NCBI GenBank assembly: GCA_965369035.1
Contig: CBDUPF010000001.1
Location: forward strand, 1-43,146
Direction of reading: 5' to 3'
Source: an uncultured Aliishimia sp.
GTDB taxonomy: Bacteria; Pseudomonadota; Alphaproteobacteria; Rhodobacterales; Rhodobacteraceae
DNA: 43,146 nt
Both the position numbers and the translations under genes were made by a program. This document shows, piece by piece, positions 1 to 9,539 of this stretch; the first letter of the stretch is position 1, and each line of letters begins with the position of its first letter. Below the pieces are notes generated by a model. The model saw nothing but the letters and a program-made list of their open reading frames with translations. It was not told where the DNA came from and ran no database searches.

Positions 1-597
1 CGGCCCGTAAGGTTCGTTGAGACGGATGTCCCGACCGGGTGGGGTCGGGATGGAGGCCTTCATGGCGCGGGCCAGTCGGTCGTCGCGACCATGGAGGATA
101 CCCAATTCGACCGCGCGGGTACGCCCTTTGTAAACGGGTGTGAAGCTGTGCACGGTCACCAGCGCGCGCAGGTGAGGTCGCCGCGTGGCGATCTCGGCGG
201 CGAGCCGGTCGCGGAAGGGGGCGTAGACCCGGTCGATGCGCAATTGTCTGGCGACGGGCGGCAGGGCAGTGTTGCCGGGGATGGCGTGGATCTCGCTGAC
301 CTCCGGCACTGCGTCCGGCGCGTCCGGCGGTCGGTTGCAGTCGTAGACCAGCCGAGAGAGGCCGCCGTGCACCAGTGGTGCGTCGAGCAGGCGCGCCAGG
401 TCGCGCGCCACGGGCAGGGCGCCGGGATCCCAGGCGATGTGGCTTTCGAGCAGATCGGACGCGAGGCCGAGACCGCCAAGCGCCGCAGGGACCCGGTTGG
501 AAGCATGTTCGCAGACCACGAGCGTTTCGGCATGGTCGGCCCCCGCGCTCACATGCACAGCCTCTCCGAACTCCGACTCGTCTTCCGGTTCTGTCAT
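1..597 (-). CDS. N-formylglutamate amidohydrolase family protein (3' end runs off the window)
   Basis: Not in the ORF track. Manual translation from ATG at 597 gives MTEPEDESEFGEAVHVS...LVVCEHASNRVP...LESHIAWDPGALPVAR...DIRLNEPYGP. CEHAS, HIAWDPGA and NEPY are family motifs. GGAGAAGG RBS-like sequence upstream. Confidence 0.88.
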   Translation of the reverse strand, partial: MTEPEDESEFGEAVHVSAGADHAETLVVCEHASNRVPAALGGLGLASDLLESHIAWDPGALPVARDLARLLDAPLVHGGLSRLVYDCNRPPDAPDAVPEVSEIHAIPGNTALPPVARQLRIDRVYAPFRDRLAAEIATRRPHLRALVTVHSFTPVYKGRTRAVELGILHGRDDRLARAMKASIPTPPGRDIRLNEPYGP

Positions 598-627
598 GCG
601 AATAGCCTTCTCCGTGGTCCCGCCGCC

Positions 628-656
628 TGTCAATATCCCTTCTGAAGAAATTGACA
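628..656. promoter_or_regulatory. Inverted repeat TGTCAAT-N15-ATTGACA between divergent genes; candidate RpiR operator whose right arm doubles as a -35 box
   Basis: Perfect 7-bp arms at 628-634 and 650-656. TTGACA (651-656) is followed 17 nt later by TAAAAA (674-679). Confidence 0.5.
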
Positions 657-713
657 CAACCTGAGATGGCCTGTAAAAATTCCGACATTTCCGCCGAGAG
701 CAAGGCCGCCCGG

Positions 714-1571
714 ATGTCGACGATTGCCGAAATCATCAAGAGCCGCGGCCCGGACATGACCCGCGCGGAACGGCAACTCGCCGAAACGATCCTCGACAAC
801 TACCCCATGCCCGGGCTGGGCAGCATCACCGAACTGGCGGAGCTTGCGGGTGTGTCGACGCCCACCGTGGCGCGCATGGTGCACAAGCTGGGCTTTTCCG
901 GCTACCCGGAATTCCAGGGGGCGCTGCGGCGCGAACTGGGCGAGATCATCTCCAACCCGATCGAGAAGCGCGCCCACATGATCCCGGGCCTGCCGGAAGA
1001 ACACATCCTGAACCGTTACGCCCAGGCCGCGTCCGACAACCTGCGGGCCACGCTGGACCAGATCGACGCGGCGGAGTTCAACGCATTCTGCCGCATGGTC
1101 GCCGATCCCGATCGCCGGGTCCACATCGCCGGGGGGCGGCTCAGCGGCACGCTGGCGCAGAACCTGTACCTGCACCTGCAGATGATCCGGCCGGGCGTGG
1201 CCTTCATCCCGCCACAGGCGTCCTGGCCGCATTGCGTGCTCGACCTCGGCCCGCAGGACACGCTGATCCTGTTCGATATCCGCCGCTATGAAAACTCGAC
1301 GCTGCTCCTCGCGGAGATGGCGCACGAGCGCGGGGCGCAGATCGTGCTGCTGACCGACCAGTGGCGCTCTCCGATCCAGCGCTTCGCCAGACATACATTC
1401 GCGGCCCGGATCACGGTGCCGTCGGCCTGGGACTCCGGCCTCGGGCTGCTTCTGCTGGTGGAATGCCTCGTCGCCGCAACGCAGGACCTGCTGTGGGACT
1501 CCGTGAAACAGCGAACCGACGAGTTGGAGGCGGCCTTCGACCGGTCCCGGCTGTTCCGCAAGTTCACCTGA
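714..1571 (+). CDS. MurR/RpiR family transcriptional regulator (HTH + SIS domain)
   Basis: MTRAERQLAETIL...SITELAELAGVSTPTVARMVHKLGFSGYPEFQ is an RpiR HTH, followed by a SIS domain (DIRRYE, IVLLTDQWRSP). Start uncertain; ATG 714 is preferred over TTG 651 because a promoter overlaps 651. Confidence 0.9.
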   Translation: MSTIAEIIKSRGPDMTRAERQLAETILDNYPMPGLGSITELAELAGVSTPTVARMVHKLGFSGYPEFQGALRRELGEIISNPIEKRAHMIPGLPEEHILNRYAQAASDNLRATLDQIDAAEFNAFCRMVADPDRRVHIAGGRLSGTLAQNLYLHLQMIRPGVAFIPPQASWPHCVLDLGPQDTLILFDIRRYENSTLLLAEMAHERGAQIVLLTDQWRSPIQRFARHTFAARITVPSAWDSGLGLLLLVECLVAATQDLLWDSVKQRTDELEAAFDRSRLFRKFT

Positions 1572-1724
1572 ACCCTGCGGCGACCGCGGCACCCGTTTGC
1601 GGCAAAACCGGGCGATTGATCGGTAAACCGGCATTTCTGCGGCCATTGAACCGTCGGCAATGTTGTAAACGCGGCCACCGGGCGGCATGATCGATCGACA
1701 GAGCAGCGACTATCATCAGTGGAC

Positions 1725-3485
1725 ATGACACGCGTACTCAAGGAACGCCTTTCGGATATTCTGCGCCGCGTCTACCCGAACGAGGATGCCGGCGCATTGA
1801 CGGGGTCCGTGATGGCGGCGTTCTGGCCGGAAGGCACGCAGCCGCGCAAGAGACCGCGCCGGCCGGGCAACGCGCTCTGGTCGCAGCACGATTCGGTCAT
1901 GATCACCTATGGCAATTCCATCGTGGACGGCGTGCACAAACCGCTGGACCTGCTGCTCGATTTCCTGATCGAGCACATGCAGGGCGTGGTCAACGGCGTT
2001 CATATCCTGCCCTATTTTCCCTACACGTCGGACGATGGCTTTGCGGTCACCGATTTCATGAAGGTCGATCCGGCGCTGGGCGACTGGGCCGATATCGAGC
2101 GGATCGGCGACACCTTCGTGCTGATGTCGGACCTCGTGCTGAACCACGTGTCGAGCCAAGGCGCCTGGTTCAACGACTATCGCCAGGGCAAGGCGCCTTA
2201 CGACGGGTTCTTTTTCGAAGCCTCGCCCGAGGACGACGTCTCCGCCGTGGTACGGCCACGCACCACGCCGCTGTTGCAGGAGGTGGAGACGGCGATGGGC
2301 AAGCGCCATGTCTGGTGTACCTTCAGCCACGATCAGATCGACCTCGACTATTCCAACCCCGACGTGCTGCTGGAAATGCTGCGCATCATCCGGTTCCACG
2401 TCGACCGCGGGGTGCGGATCATCCGGCTCGACGCGGTGGCCTTCCTGTGGAAGGAAATCGGAACCTCTTCGATCCACATGCCGCAGACCCATGCGATCAT
2501 CCAGCTCATGCGGGTGCTGGCGGACTTCGCGACCGAAACGATGATCCTGCTGACCGAGACCAACGTGCCCAAGGCCGAGAATCTCAGCTATTTCGGTCAG
2601 CGCAACGAGGCGCACGCGATCTACAACTTCCCGCTGCCGCCGCTGGTCCTGCACGCGATGCTGTCGGGCACCGCGAAATACCTGCGGATGTGGCAGGCCT
2701 CGATGCCGCCGGCGCCGCTGGGCTGCATCTACCTCAATTTCACGGCCAGCCACGACGGGATCGGGATGCGGCCTGCCGAAGGGCTTCTGCCGGAGCCGGA
2801 GGTGGTCAAGATGATCGAGACCGTGCAGACCGAAGGCGGTCTCGTTTCCATGCGCGCGCTGCCGGACGGCGGGCAATCGGTCTATGAGCTGAACTGCGGG
2901 TTCTTCCCGGCGATGGCGGCGTCGTTTTCGGGCGACAGGTCGCATCATGTCGAACGTTTCGTCGCCTCGCAGACGATCATCATGTCGCTGGAGGGGATCC
3001 CGGCGTTCTACATCCACTCGCTGCTCGCCACGCCCAACGATCACGAGGCGGTGGCGCGTCGCGGGATGAACCGGGCGATCAACCGGCACCGCTGGGACTA
3101 TGGTGAGCTCAAGGCACGGCTTGCCGATCCCACCACCGAGCAGGCACAAGTGCTCGCCGCGCTGTCGGAACGGTTGCGGATCCGGTCCCGCCAGCCGGCC
3201 TTCCACCCCAACGCGACACAGTTCACGCTGACCGTCGACGAACGCGTTTTCGGGATCTGGCGCCAGTCGCTTGACCGCCGTCAATCGATCTTCGCGCTGC
3301 ACAACGTGAGCGAAGACCGGGTGGAGGTGCCGCGCGATGCGCTGAACCTGATCGCGGACGAGGACTGGCGCGATCTGCTCTCCGGAGAGCAGATCGACAT
3401 GGCGGCCGAGGCGATCCCGATGGCGCCCTACCAGTGTCGCTGGATCACGAATGTCGTGGAGCAGCCACGCACCCGCCGCAGGTAG
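1725..3485 (+). CDS. GH13_18 sugar phosphorylase, probably glucosylglycerate phosphorylase
   Basis: HILPYFPYTSDDGFAV, SDLVLNH, WCTFSHDQIDL, nucleophile RLDAVAF, acid/base TETNVP, ASHDGIG, loop A YELN. TETN and YELN are glucosylglycerate-phosphorylase-type signatures. Lies next to gpgS/gpgP. Confidence 0.85.
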   Translation: MTRVLKERLSDILRRVYPNEDAGALTGSVMAAFWPEGTQPRKRPRRPGNALWSQHDSVMITYGNSIVDGVHKPLDLLLDFLIEHMQGVVNGVHILPYFPYTSDDGFAVTDFMKVDPALGDWADIERIGDTFVLMSDLVLNHVSSQGAWFNDYRQGKAPYDGFFFEASPEDDVSAVVRPRTTPLLQEVETAMGKRHVWCTFSHDQIDLDYSNPDVLLEMLRIIRFHVDRGVRIIRLDAVAFLWKEIGTSSIHMPQTHAIIQLMRVLADFATETMILLTETNVPKAENLSYFGQRNEAHAIYNFPLPPLVLHAMLSGTAKYLRMWQASMPPAPLGCIYLNFTASHDGIGMRPAEGLLPEPEVVKMIETVQTEGGLVSMRALPDGGQSVYELNCGFFPAMAASFSGDRSHHVERFVASQTIIMSLEGIPAFYIHSLLATPNDHEAVARRGMNRAINRHRWDYGELKARLADPTTEQAQVLAALSERLRIRSRQPAFHPNATQFTLTVDERVFGIWRQSLDRRQSIFALHNVSEDRVEVPRDALNLIADEDWRDLLSGEQIDMAAEAIPMAPYQCRWITNVVEQPRTRRR

Positions 3486-3497
3486 CGCGCCGCCCGG

Positions 3498-4733
3498 TCA
3501 GGAGAAGGGCAGGGGGGCGTAGTCCTCCGCATCGTCGGCCACGGCGGCCCGCATCTTGTCCAGCAGGCTCGGATCCGCCGCGTGGACGCGGTTCCAGTTG
3601 GCGATGAAGGGCGTCTCGTTCGGGTTCTCGAGGAAGGTATGACCCGCGTGCATGATGTTCTCCGAGAACATCTCGATCGTGCGTTCCTCCTCGTGGCGGT
3701 CGATCTTCAACCCGTTCATGGCGGCGTCGTTGTCGTAGACCTCCAGCAGGTCCAGCGCCCGGCGATAGTAGGTGGCCTTGAGGGTCCGGAACACGTTGGG
3801 GGTAAAGACCGAGCCTTCGCTCGCCATCTTGCGGAAGATCGCCTTGCAGATGTCGGTCGACATGCGGTTGAGCCCGGTCTGCGCGTCCTCGCGGCTGACC
3901 TTCTGGTGCTTGTGGTCGTAGGCGTCGGCGATCTCCACCTGGCAGACCGCATGCCGGCCGAGATTGCGCCAGGCCTCCGACAGCACGCCGATCTCCAGCC
4001 CCCAGTCCGACGGCACGCGCAGGTCGGGCAGCATGGTCGTACGCAGCGCGAATTCGCCCGAGAGCGGGTAGCGGAAGCTGCGCAGGTAGTCGAGGTAGTC
4101 GTTGTCGCCGGTGACCTTCTTCAGCGCGATCAGGAGCGGGCTCACCAGCAGCCGGGAAACACGCCCGTTGAAGGAATTGTCGCCGATGCGGGCATAAAAC
4201 CCCTTGGACAGCTGGTAGGAGAAATTCGGGTTGGCCACGGGATACAGCAACCGTGTCAGCAGTTCCCGCTTGTAGGTCAGGATATCGCAGTCGTGGATCG
4301 CCATCACCGCCGTATCGGCACAGGAGATGAGATAGCCGATGCAGGTCCAGACGTTCTTGCCCTTCCCGTCCTCGAAGGGACCAAGACCCAGATTGGCCAG
4401 CATGTCGTGGAACGCGCGCATCCTCGGGCCGTCGTTCCAGATCACCACGTGGTCCTGGGGCAGCACCGAAAAGAAGTCGCGTGCCTTGCGAAACTCGGTT
4501 TCGTCGGCGCGATCCAGCCCGATGATGATGCGGTGGAGGTAGCGTGCGCCCGAAAGTTCATCGAGAATTCCGCGCAGCGCCGGTCCGTCCAGTTCGGAAT
4601 AGAGCGAGGGCAGGATCAGCGTGATCTTGCGCGACTGGGCGAAGGTCTCGAGGTCGTACTCCATCTCTTCGATCGCGCGGCTGCGCAGGTTGTGGAATTG
4701 GGCGATGTTCCCGTTCTGGTGAAAGTCCGCCAT
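3498..4733 (-). CDS. gpgS: Glucosyl-3-phosphoglycerate synthase (GT-A fold)
   Basis: Starts MADFHQNG; motifs GKGKNVW, IHDCDI (DxD), GRVSRL, FRYPLSGEF, DWGLEIG, YDHKHQ. Lies 11 bp downstream of the HAD phosphatase. Confidence 0.82.
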   Translation of the reverse strand: MADFHQNGNIAQFHNLRSRAIEEMEYDLETFAQSRKITLILPSLYSELDGPALRGILDELSGARYLHRIIIGLDRADETEFRKARDFFSVLPQDHVVIWNDGPRMRAFHDMLANLGLGPFEDGKGKNVWTCIGYLISCADTAVMAIHDCDILTYKRELLTRLLYPVANPNFSYQLSKGFYARIGDNSFNGRVSRLLVSPLLIALKKVTGDNDYLDYLRSFRYPLSGEFALRTTMLPDLRVPSDWGLEIGVLSEAWRNLGRHAVCQVEIADAYDHKHQKVSREDAQTGLNRMSTDICKAIFRKMASEGSVFTPNVFRTLKATYYRRALDLLEVYDNDAAMNGLKIDRHEEERTIEMFSENIMHAGHTFLENPNETPFIANWNRVHAADPSLLDKMRAAVADDAEDYAPLPFS

Positions 4734-4744
4734 GCGCGCTGCCT

Positions 4745-5518
4745 CTACGTTTTGCCGAGTTCGAATAGTAGATCGACGATTGCGGCGTTCCAACCCTCGG
4801 GGCCGGGCTGCTCTGTGTGCCGGATCCGGCCCGCGACTTTCGCGGTCAGGGGCGGCATTTCCGGCGCGTGGTCGTTGCGCACGACGATCCCGTAATCCGC
4901 GGCCAGAAGCATTTCGGCGTCGTTGGGCGCATCGCCCAGCGCGATCGTTACGGTGGCGCCCAGGCGTTCCGCGACTTCTCGCATGGCATCCGCCTTCGTG
5001 CGTCCGAAAGACAGCGTGAGGAACCTGCCGCCCCGCCGCGCGACGATGCCGCGATCATCCAGAAGGTCCAGAAACCGCCGCAGATCCGCCTCGGTCCCGG
5101 TCCAGAGCCCCGGCTCCGAAAAGCACCGCTTGCACGCCAGCGCCGCGTCCCTGCGGGATAGCCCGGTCGCGGCGGCGACTTCCTCCGGCCCCATGTCGCC
5201 GAAGCCGCGGAAGTTGCGGGCGGGATCGGGGGGGAGTTCGGCAAGCGTCGACCGGATGCGCCTGTACGCGTGGTCCGGGGGCATCATCTCGTCACCCGGT
5301 TCAAACACGCCCGCGCCGTTTTCCACGATGGCGGGTGCGCTGCCGAGGTTCAGGGTCGCGTGCAGCGGAGCGATCTCGGCGGCGGTCTTGCTGCTGGCCA
5401 GAACGAGCGGCACGCCCTCGCGCTTCAGCAGCGCCAGTGCGGGTTCGGCCGGGGAATACGAATAGGTCTCGTGATCGAGCAACGTGCCGTCGAGATCGGT
5501 GAAGACGACCAGACGCAT
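4745..5518 (-). CDS. HAD-IIB glucosyl/mannosyl-3-phosphoglycerate phosphatase (GpgP/MpgP/YedP type)
   Basis: FTDLDGTLLD motif I, SSKT, ENGAG, SEP, GGRF, GDAPND motif IV. Confidence 0.9.
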   Translation of the reverse strand: MRLVVFTDLDGTLLDHETYSYSPAEPALALLKREGVPLVLASSKTAAEIAPLHATLNLGSAPAIVENGAGVFEPGDEMMPPDHAYRRIRSTLAELPPDPARNFRGFGDMGPEEVAAATGLSRRDAALACKRCFSEPGLWTGTEADLRRFLDLLDDRGIVARRGGRFLTLSFGRTKADAMREVAERLGATVTIALGDAPNDAEMLLAADYGIVVRNDHAPEMPPLTAKVAGRIRHTEQPGPEGWNAAIVDLLFELGKT

Positions 5519-5615
5519 CTAGTACGTCGCAAGCGGGTCGCGGTGAAAAGATGAGCCACGCCCCAACGCCCGCGACTCCACTGCCCGGATCAGCCGCAGG
5601 TCGTCCCCGCGGCGT

Positions 5616-6356
5616 TCACACATCGGACAACGTGAAATCGGGCAGGCTGTCCAGCGCGTGCTTCAGCGCGTCGCCCCAACCCTTGGAGACCGACTGGAAA
5701 TAGGGATTGTCGGCAGTGATCCTGCCTTTGGGGCCGGTGACGAGGCTGTCGGCCTCGTAGAGGTGGAAATCGAACGGCGCGCCGACCGACAGGTTGGCCT
5801 TGAGCGTGGAATCGAAGCTGACGAGCAGAAGCTTCATGCCCTGCTCGAACGTCATTTTCGAATCGTACGCGCGGACCAGGATCGGCCGGCCATACTTGGT
5901 TTCGCCGATCTGGAAGTACGGGGTGTCCTCGCCTGCCTCGATGAAATTCCCTTCCGGATAGATCAGGAAAAGACGTGGCGGGCTTCCCGCGATCTGGCCG
6001 CCGAGGATCAGCGTGGCGTTGAAGGCGCTGTCGGCCTTCTGCCCGCCTTCGCGGTGCTCGTCGATCACCTCGCGGAGCGTATCGGCGATCATGCGCGCGG
6101 CCTGGAACACGGAAGGCACCTTGAGAAGCGCGGGCGTGCGGTCCTCCGGCGACTTGCGCCGCTCGTCGAGCATGCTGACCACCGCCTGGGTTGTGGCGAG
6201 GTTGCCGGCCGACATGAGCGTCAGGACCAGGTTTCCCGGGTCCTGCCAGATCGTCATCTTCTTGAAGGTGGAGATATTGTCGAGCCCCGCGTTGGTTCGG
6301 GTGTCCGACATGAACATCAGCCCCCGGTCGAGGGCCATTCCGACGCAATAGGTCAT
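5616..6356 (-). CDS. Anbu proteasome-type (Ntn-hydrolase) protein
   Basis: MTYCVG start exposing the Thr1 nucleophile; SDTRTNAGLDNISTFKK, GNLATTQ, IYPEGNFI, FQIGETKYGRP, DSTLKANLSVG. Confidence 0.93.
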   Translation of the reverse strand: MTYCVGMALDRGLMFMSDTRTNAGLDNISTFKKMTIWQDPGNLVLTLMSAGNLATTQAVVSMLDERRKSPEDRTPALLKVPSVFQAARMIADTLREVIDEHREGGQKADSAFNATLILGGQIAGSPPRLFLIYPEGNFIEAGEDTPYFQIGETKYGRPILVRAYDSKMTFEQGMKLLLVSFDSTLKANLSVGAPFDFHLYEADSLVTGPKGRITADNPYFQSVSKGWGDALKHALDSLPDFTLSDV

Positions 6357-7162
6357 TCCTGTCCTTGCTGCTGGGCCACGTCGATCCTGACCTCCAGGAC
6401 CTCACCGGCGCCGCCCATGCGTGTTCCCGATACAGGGGCAGCATCGCTATAGTCCAGCCCGGTTGCGACGCGGACATACCGTGTGTCGGGCGAAATCTGG
6501 TTCGACACGTCGAAACCGACCCATCCCAGCCCGTCGACATAAGCCTCCGCCCAGGCGTGCATGGCGTCCTGGACCACCGAATCGTCCAGCATCAGGTAGC
6601 CGGAGACATAGCGTCCGGGTACTCCCATCTCGCGGGCGCAGGCGAGAAAGACATGGGCGTGGTCCTGGCAGACACCGCGTCCCGCCTCGATCGCTTCCTC
6701 GGCGCTCCAGCCCGTTTCCGATGATCCGACCTCGTAGGCGATGGTCTCGTGGATCAGGGTGGAGAGCGCGTGCATCTGGCTGAGCGTATCGCCGGATGGC
6801 AGCTTGCGAACAAGGGCGCGGGCGCCGGCGCGCGCGGTGGTGTAGGCGGTCCGGCGGCGGTAGAGCCACAGCGGCGCAGGGCCGAGATGCGGACCGATCA
6901 CGCCGCTGGATGATGTCACCTCCACCTCGCCCCGGCTTGTCACGATCACCTCGGTGGTGTCGCGGTCGAAGCTGATCAGCTCGGTGGTGTTGCGGTGGTG
7001 ATCCTCGAAGGACAGTTCCTTGCGGCCGCCCTGCACCTCCGTCTGCCAGTTCAGGACGGTCTGGATGTCGGAGTTCTTGGGCGTCTTGCGCAGTTGCTGC
7101 AATCCGAAGGTGACCGGGTTTTCGAACCGGTAATGCGTGCTGTGCTGGATGGTCAGATGCAT
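6353..7162 (-). CDS. Transglutaminase family protein with N-terminal bacterial transglutaminase domain
   Basis: Catalytic triad motifs GVCQDHAH, HAWAE, WVGFD; GLDYSDAAPVSG; ATGA overlap with the Anbu gene. Confidence 0.92.
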   Translation of the reverse strand: MHLTIQHSTHYRFENPVTFGLQQLRKTPKNSDIQTVLNWQTEVQGGRKELSFEDHHRNTTELISFDRDTTEVIVTSRGEVEVTSSSGVIGPHLGPAPLWLYRRRTAYTTARAGARALVRKLPSGDTLSQMHALSTLIHETIAYEVGSSETGWSAEEAIEAGRGVCQDHAHVFLACAREMGVPGRYVSGYLMLDDSVVQDAMHAWAEAYVDGLGWVGFDVSNQISPDTRYVRVATGLDYSDAAPVSGTRMGGAGEVLEVRIDVAQQQGQE

Positions 7163-7166
7163 GGCG

Positions 7167-8108
7167 TCACTCGTAGAACCGGTAGTCGATCTCGATCTGG
7201 CGCGCGAGGTCGGCGAGGTGGAAGATGAATTCCTGGATGAATTCGTGCAGCCCGAATTCGAAGATCGCCTCGAGTTCGTGCGAGAGGTACTTCCGCAACA
7301 GCAGTTCCACCTTCTTCAGGGATTCCGTCGGCGTATGCTGGCCGGCGTCGAGATAGCGCAGGTTGTCCCGAAGCTTGGAGGTGCAGAACACCAGCGACCG
7401 GGGCAGGCGCTTGTCGAGGATGAGATAGAAGGTGATGTCCATCGGGCCGGCCTCGGCCCCGTATTCCATGCGGAAGCCGCCACGGGCCGAGATCGACCGC
7501 AGGATCGATTCCCATTGCACATTGTCCAGCGCGCTGCCCACCGCCCGCGCCGAGGGCAGCAGGACATAGTATTTCACGTCGAGGATGCGTGCAGTGTTGT
7601 CGGCGCGCTCCAGGAACGTGCCGATCCGCGCGAAATCGTAGATCTCGTTGCGCATCATCGTGCCGTGGGTCATGCCCCTGACCAGTGCTGTATGGCGCCG
7701 GATCGCACCCAGCGCGGCCGGCAGGTCACGCTCGCTGACATGGCGCGACAGCATCTGCCGCGTGTTCATGTAGGCCGAGTTCGTTGCTTCCCAGACCTCT
7801 CCCGTGATCGCAGTGCGCACCAACCGCGCGTTGTGGCGTGCCGATTCGATGCAGGACAGCACCGAAGAGGTGTTCTTGCGCGACCGGAGCATCCATTCGA
7901 TGGCCGCATCCTTTGAGAGCGTGTCGTTCGCCTTCTGAAAGGCAGGCCAGACACCCGCCGACTGCAGGACGGAGCGCCATTCGCTGTCGCTGTCGCCCAG
8001 CCGCGTGATCGCGATGCGCTGGCCGGTCTCGATCAGCCGCGCGGTGTTTTCGGCCCGCTCCAGGTAGCGGTACATCCAGAATATCCCGTTCGCCGTTTTT
8101 CCCAGCAT
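7167..8108 (-). CDS. Alpha-E domain protein (DUF403)
   Basis: Two ER motifs, WMYRYLERAENTARL and GTFLERADNTARILDVKY; LPRSL. Confidence 0.92.
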   Translation of the reverse strand: MLGKTANGIFWMYRYLERAENTARLIETGQRIAITRLGDSDSEWRSVLQSAGVWPAFQKANDTLSKDAAIEWMLRSRKNTSSVLSCIESARHNARLVRTAITGEVWEATNSAYMNTRQMLSRHVSERDLPAALGAIRRHTALVRGMTHGTMMRNEIYDFARIGTFLERADNTARILDVKYYVLLPSARAVGSALDNVQWESILRSISARGGFRMEYGAEAGPMDITFYLILDKRLPRSLVFCTSKLRDNLRYLDAGQHTPTESLKKVELLLRKYLSHELEAIFEFGLHEFIQEFIFHLADLARQIEIDYRFYE

Positions 8109-8114
8109 GTCCGA

Positions 8115-9539
8115 TCAGTCCTCCAGCACCCAGGTGTCCTTGGTGCCACCGCCCTGGGACGAGTTGACCACCAGCGACCCCTTCTTCAGCGCGACCCGCG
8201 TGAGGCCGCCCGGGGTAATTCGGATGCCGTTGGGACTGACCAGTACGAAGGGGCGCAGATCCACGTGGCGGGGGCTCAGCCCCTTGTTGGTGAATGTGGG
8301 AACAGTGGACAGGCTCAGCGTGGGCTGTGCGATGTAGTTGCCGGGGCGCGCCTCCAGCTTCTGGCGGAAGGCGGCGATGTCCTTCTTGGTCGCCGCGGGT
8401 CCGACCAGCATGCCGTAGCCGCCGGAACCGTGAACCTCCTTCACCACCAGGTCCGCGAGGTTGTCGAGCACGTAGGCCAGCGCGTCCGGGTCCGAACAGC
8501 GCCAGGTGGGCACGTTCTGCAGCAGCGGGCGTTCGCCGGTATAGAACTCCACGATCTCGGGCATGTAGGAATAGATCGCCTTGTCGTCCGCTATCCCCGT
8601 TCCCGGCGCGTTGGCGATGGTGATTCCACCCGCGCGGTAGACATCCATGATGCCCGGCACGCCCAATTGGCTGTCCGGGTTGAAGTTGAGCGGGTCGAGG
8701 AAATCGTCGTCCACCCGGCGGTAGAGCACGTCGATCGGGGTATAGCCGCGCGTGGTGCGCATGGCGACGCGACCGTCCACCACGCGCAGGTCGTGGCCCT
8801 CCACCAGTTCGACCGCCATCTGGTCGGCCAGGAAGGCATGTTCGAAATAGGCCGAGTTGTAGATCCCCGGCGTCAGCACGGCCACGACCGGCTGGCCTTC
8901 CGTGCCCTGCGGTGCACAGGATGCCAGTGACCGGCGCAGGTCGGACGGATAGCTCTGCACCGACTGCACCCGGTTCTGGGAGAACAGCTCCGGGAACATC
9001 TGGAGCATGGTTTCGCGGTTCTCCAGCATGTAGCTCACGCCGGATGGGGTGCGGGCGTTATCCTCCAGCACGAAGAATTCGCCCGGCCCGGTGCGCACCA
9101 GGTCGATCCCGACGATGTGGGTATAGACGCCGCCGGGCGGGTCGACGCCGATCATCTCCGGCACAAAGGCGTCATTGTTCGCGATGGCCTCTTCGGGAAT
9201 GCGCCCGGCCTTCACGATCTCCTGCTTGTGGTAGATGTCGTGCAGGAAGGCGTTGATCGCGCGCACGCGCTGTTCGATCCCGCGCGAGAGGCGGAACCAT
9301 TCGGTACCGGAAATGATCCTCGGGATGATGTCGAAGGGGATCAGCCGTTCCTCCGCCTCCGAGCGCCCGTAGACGTTGAACGTGATTCCGGTCAGCCGGA
9401 ACAACTCCTCCGCCTCGCGCTGCTTGGCACGGAGCCGGGCCATGTCCTCCTGGCTGAACCATGAGTGAAACCCCTGGTAGGGCTCGCGCAAGGTTTCGTC
9501 CTGCCCCCACATCTCGTCGAAAAACGGTGTTGATGTCAT
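8115..9539 (-). CDS. Circularly permuted type 2 ATP-grasp protein (peptide ligase-like)
   Basis: VLEDNARTPSGVSYMLENR, SAYFEH, YRRVDDDFLDP, ADDK, VKEVHGSGGYG, HVDLRP, GGLTRVAL, NSSQGGGTKDTWVL. Confidence 0.93.
   Translation of the reverse strand: MTSTPFFDEMWGQDETLREPYQGFHSWFSQEDMARLRAKQREAEELFRLTGITFNVYGRSEAEERLIPFDIIPRIISGTEWFRLSRGIEQRVRAINAFLHDIYHKQEIVKAGRIPEEAIANNDAFVPEMIGVDPPGGVYTHIVGIDLVRTGPGEFFVLEDNARTPSGVSYMLENRETMLQMFPELFSQNRVQSVQSYPSDLRRSLASCAPQGTEGQPVVAVLTPGIYNSAYFEHAFLADQMAVELVEGHDLRVVDGRVAMRTTRGYTPIDVLYRRVDDDFLDPLNFNPDSQLGVPGIMDVYRAGGITIANAPGTGIADDKAIYSYMPEIVEFYTGERPLLQNVPTWRCSDPDALAYVLDNLADLVVKEVHGSGGYGMLVGPAATKKDIAAFRQKLEARPGNYIAQPTLSLSTVPTFTNKGLSPRHVDLRPFVLVSPNGIRITPGGLTRVALKKGSLVVNSSQGGGTKDTWVLED

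Noticed and set aside
628-633. Minus-strand TTGACA as the -35 box of the amidohydrolase gene
   Set aside because: No -10 box at proper spacing, and the implied start site would fall downstream of the RBS.
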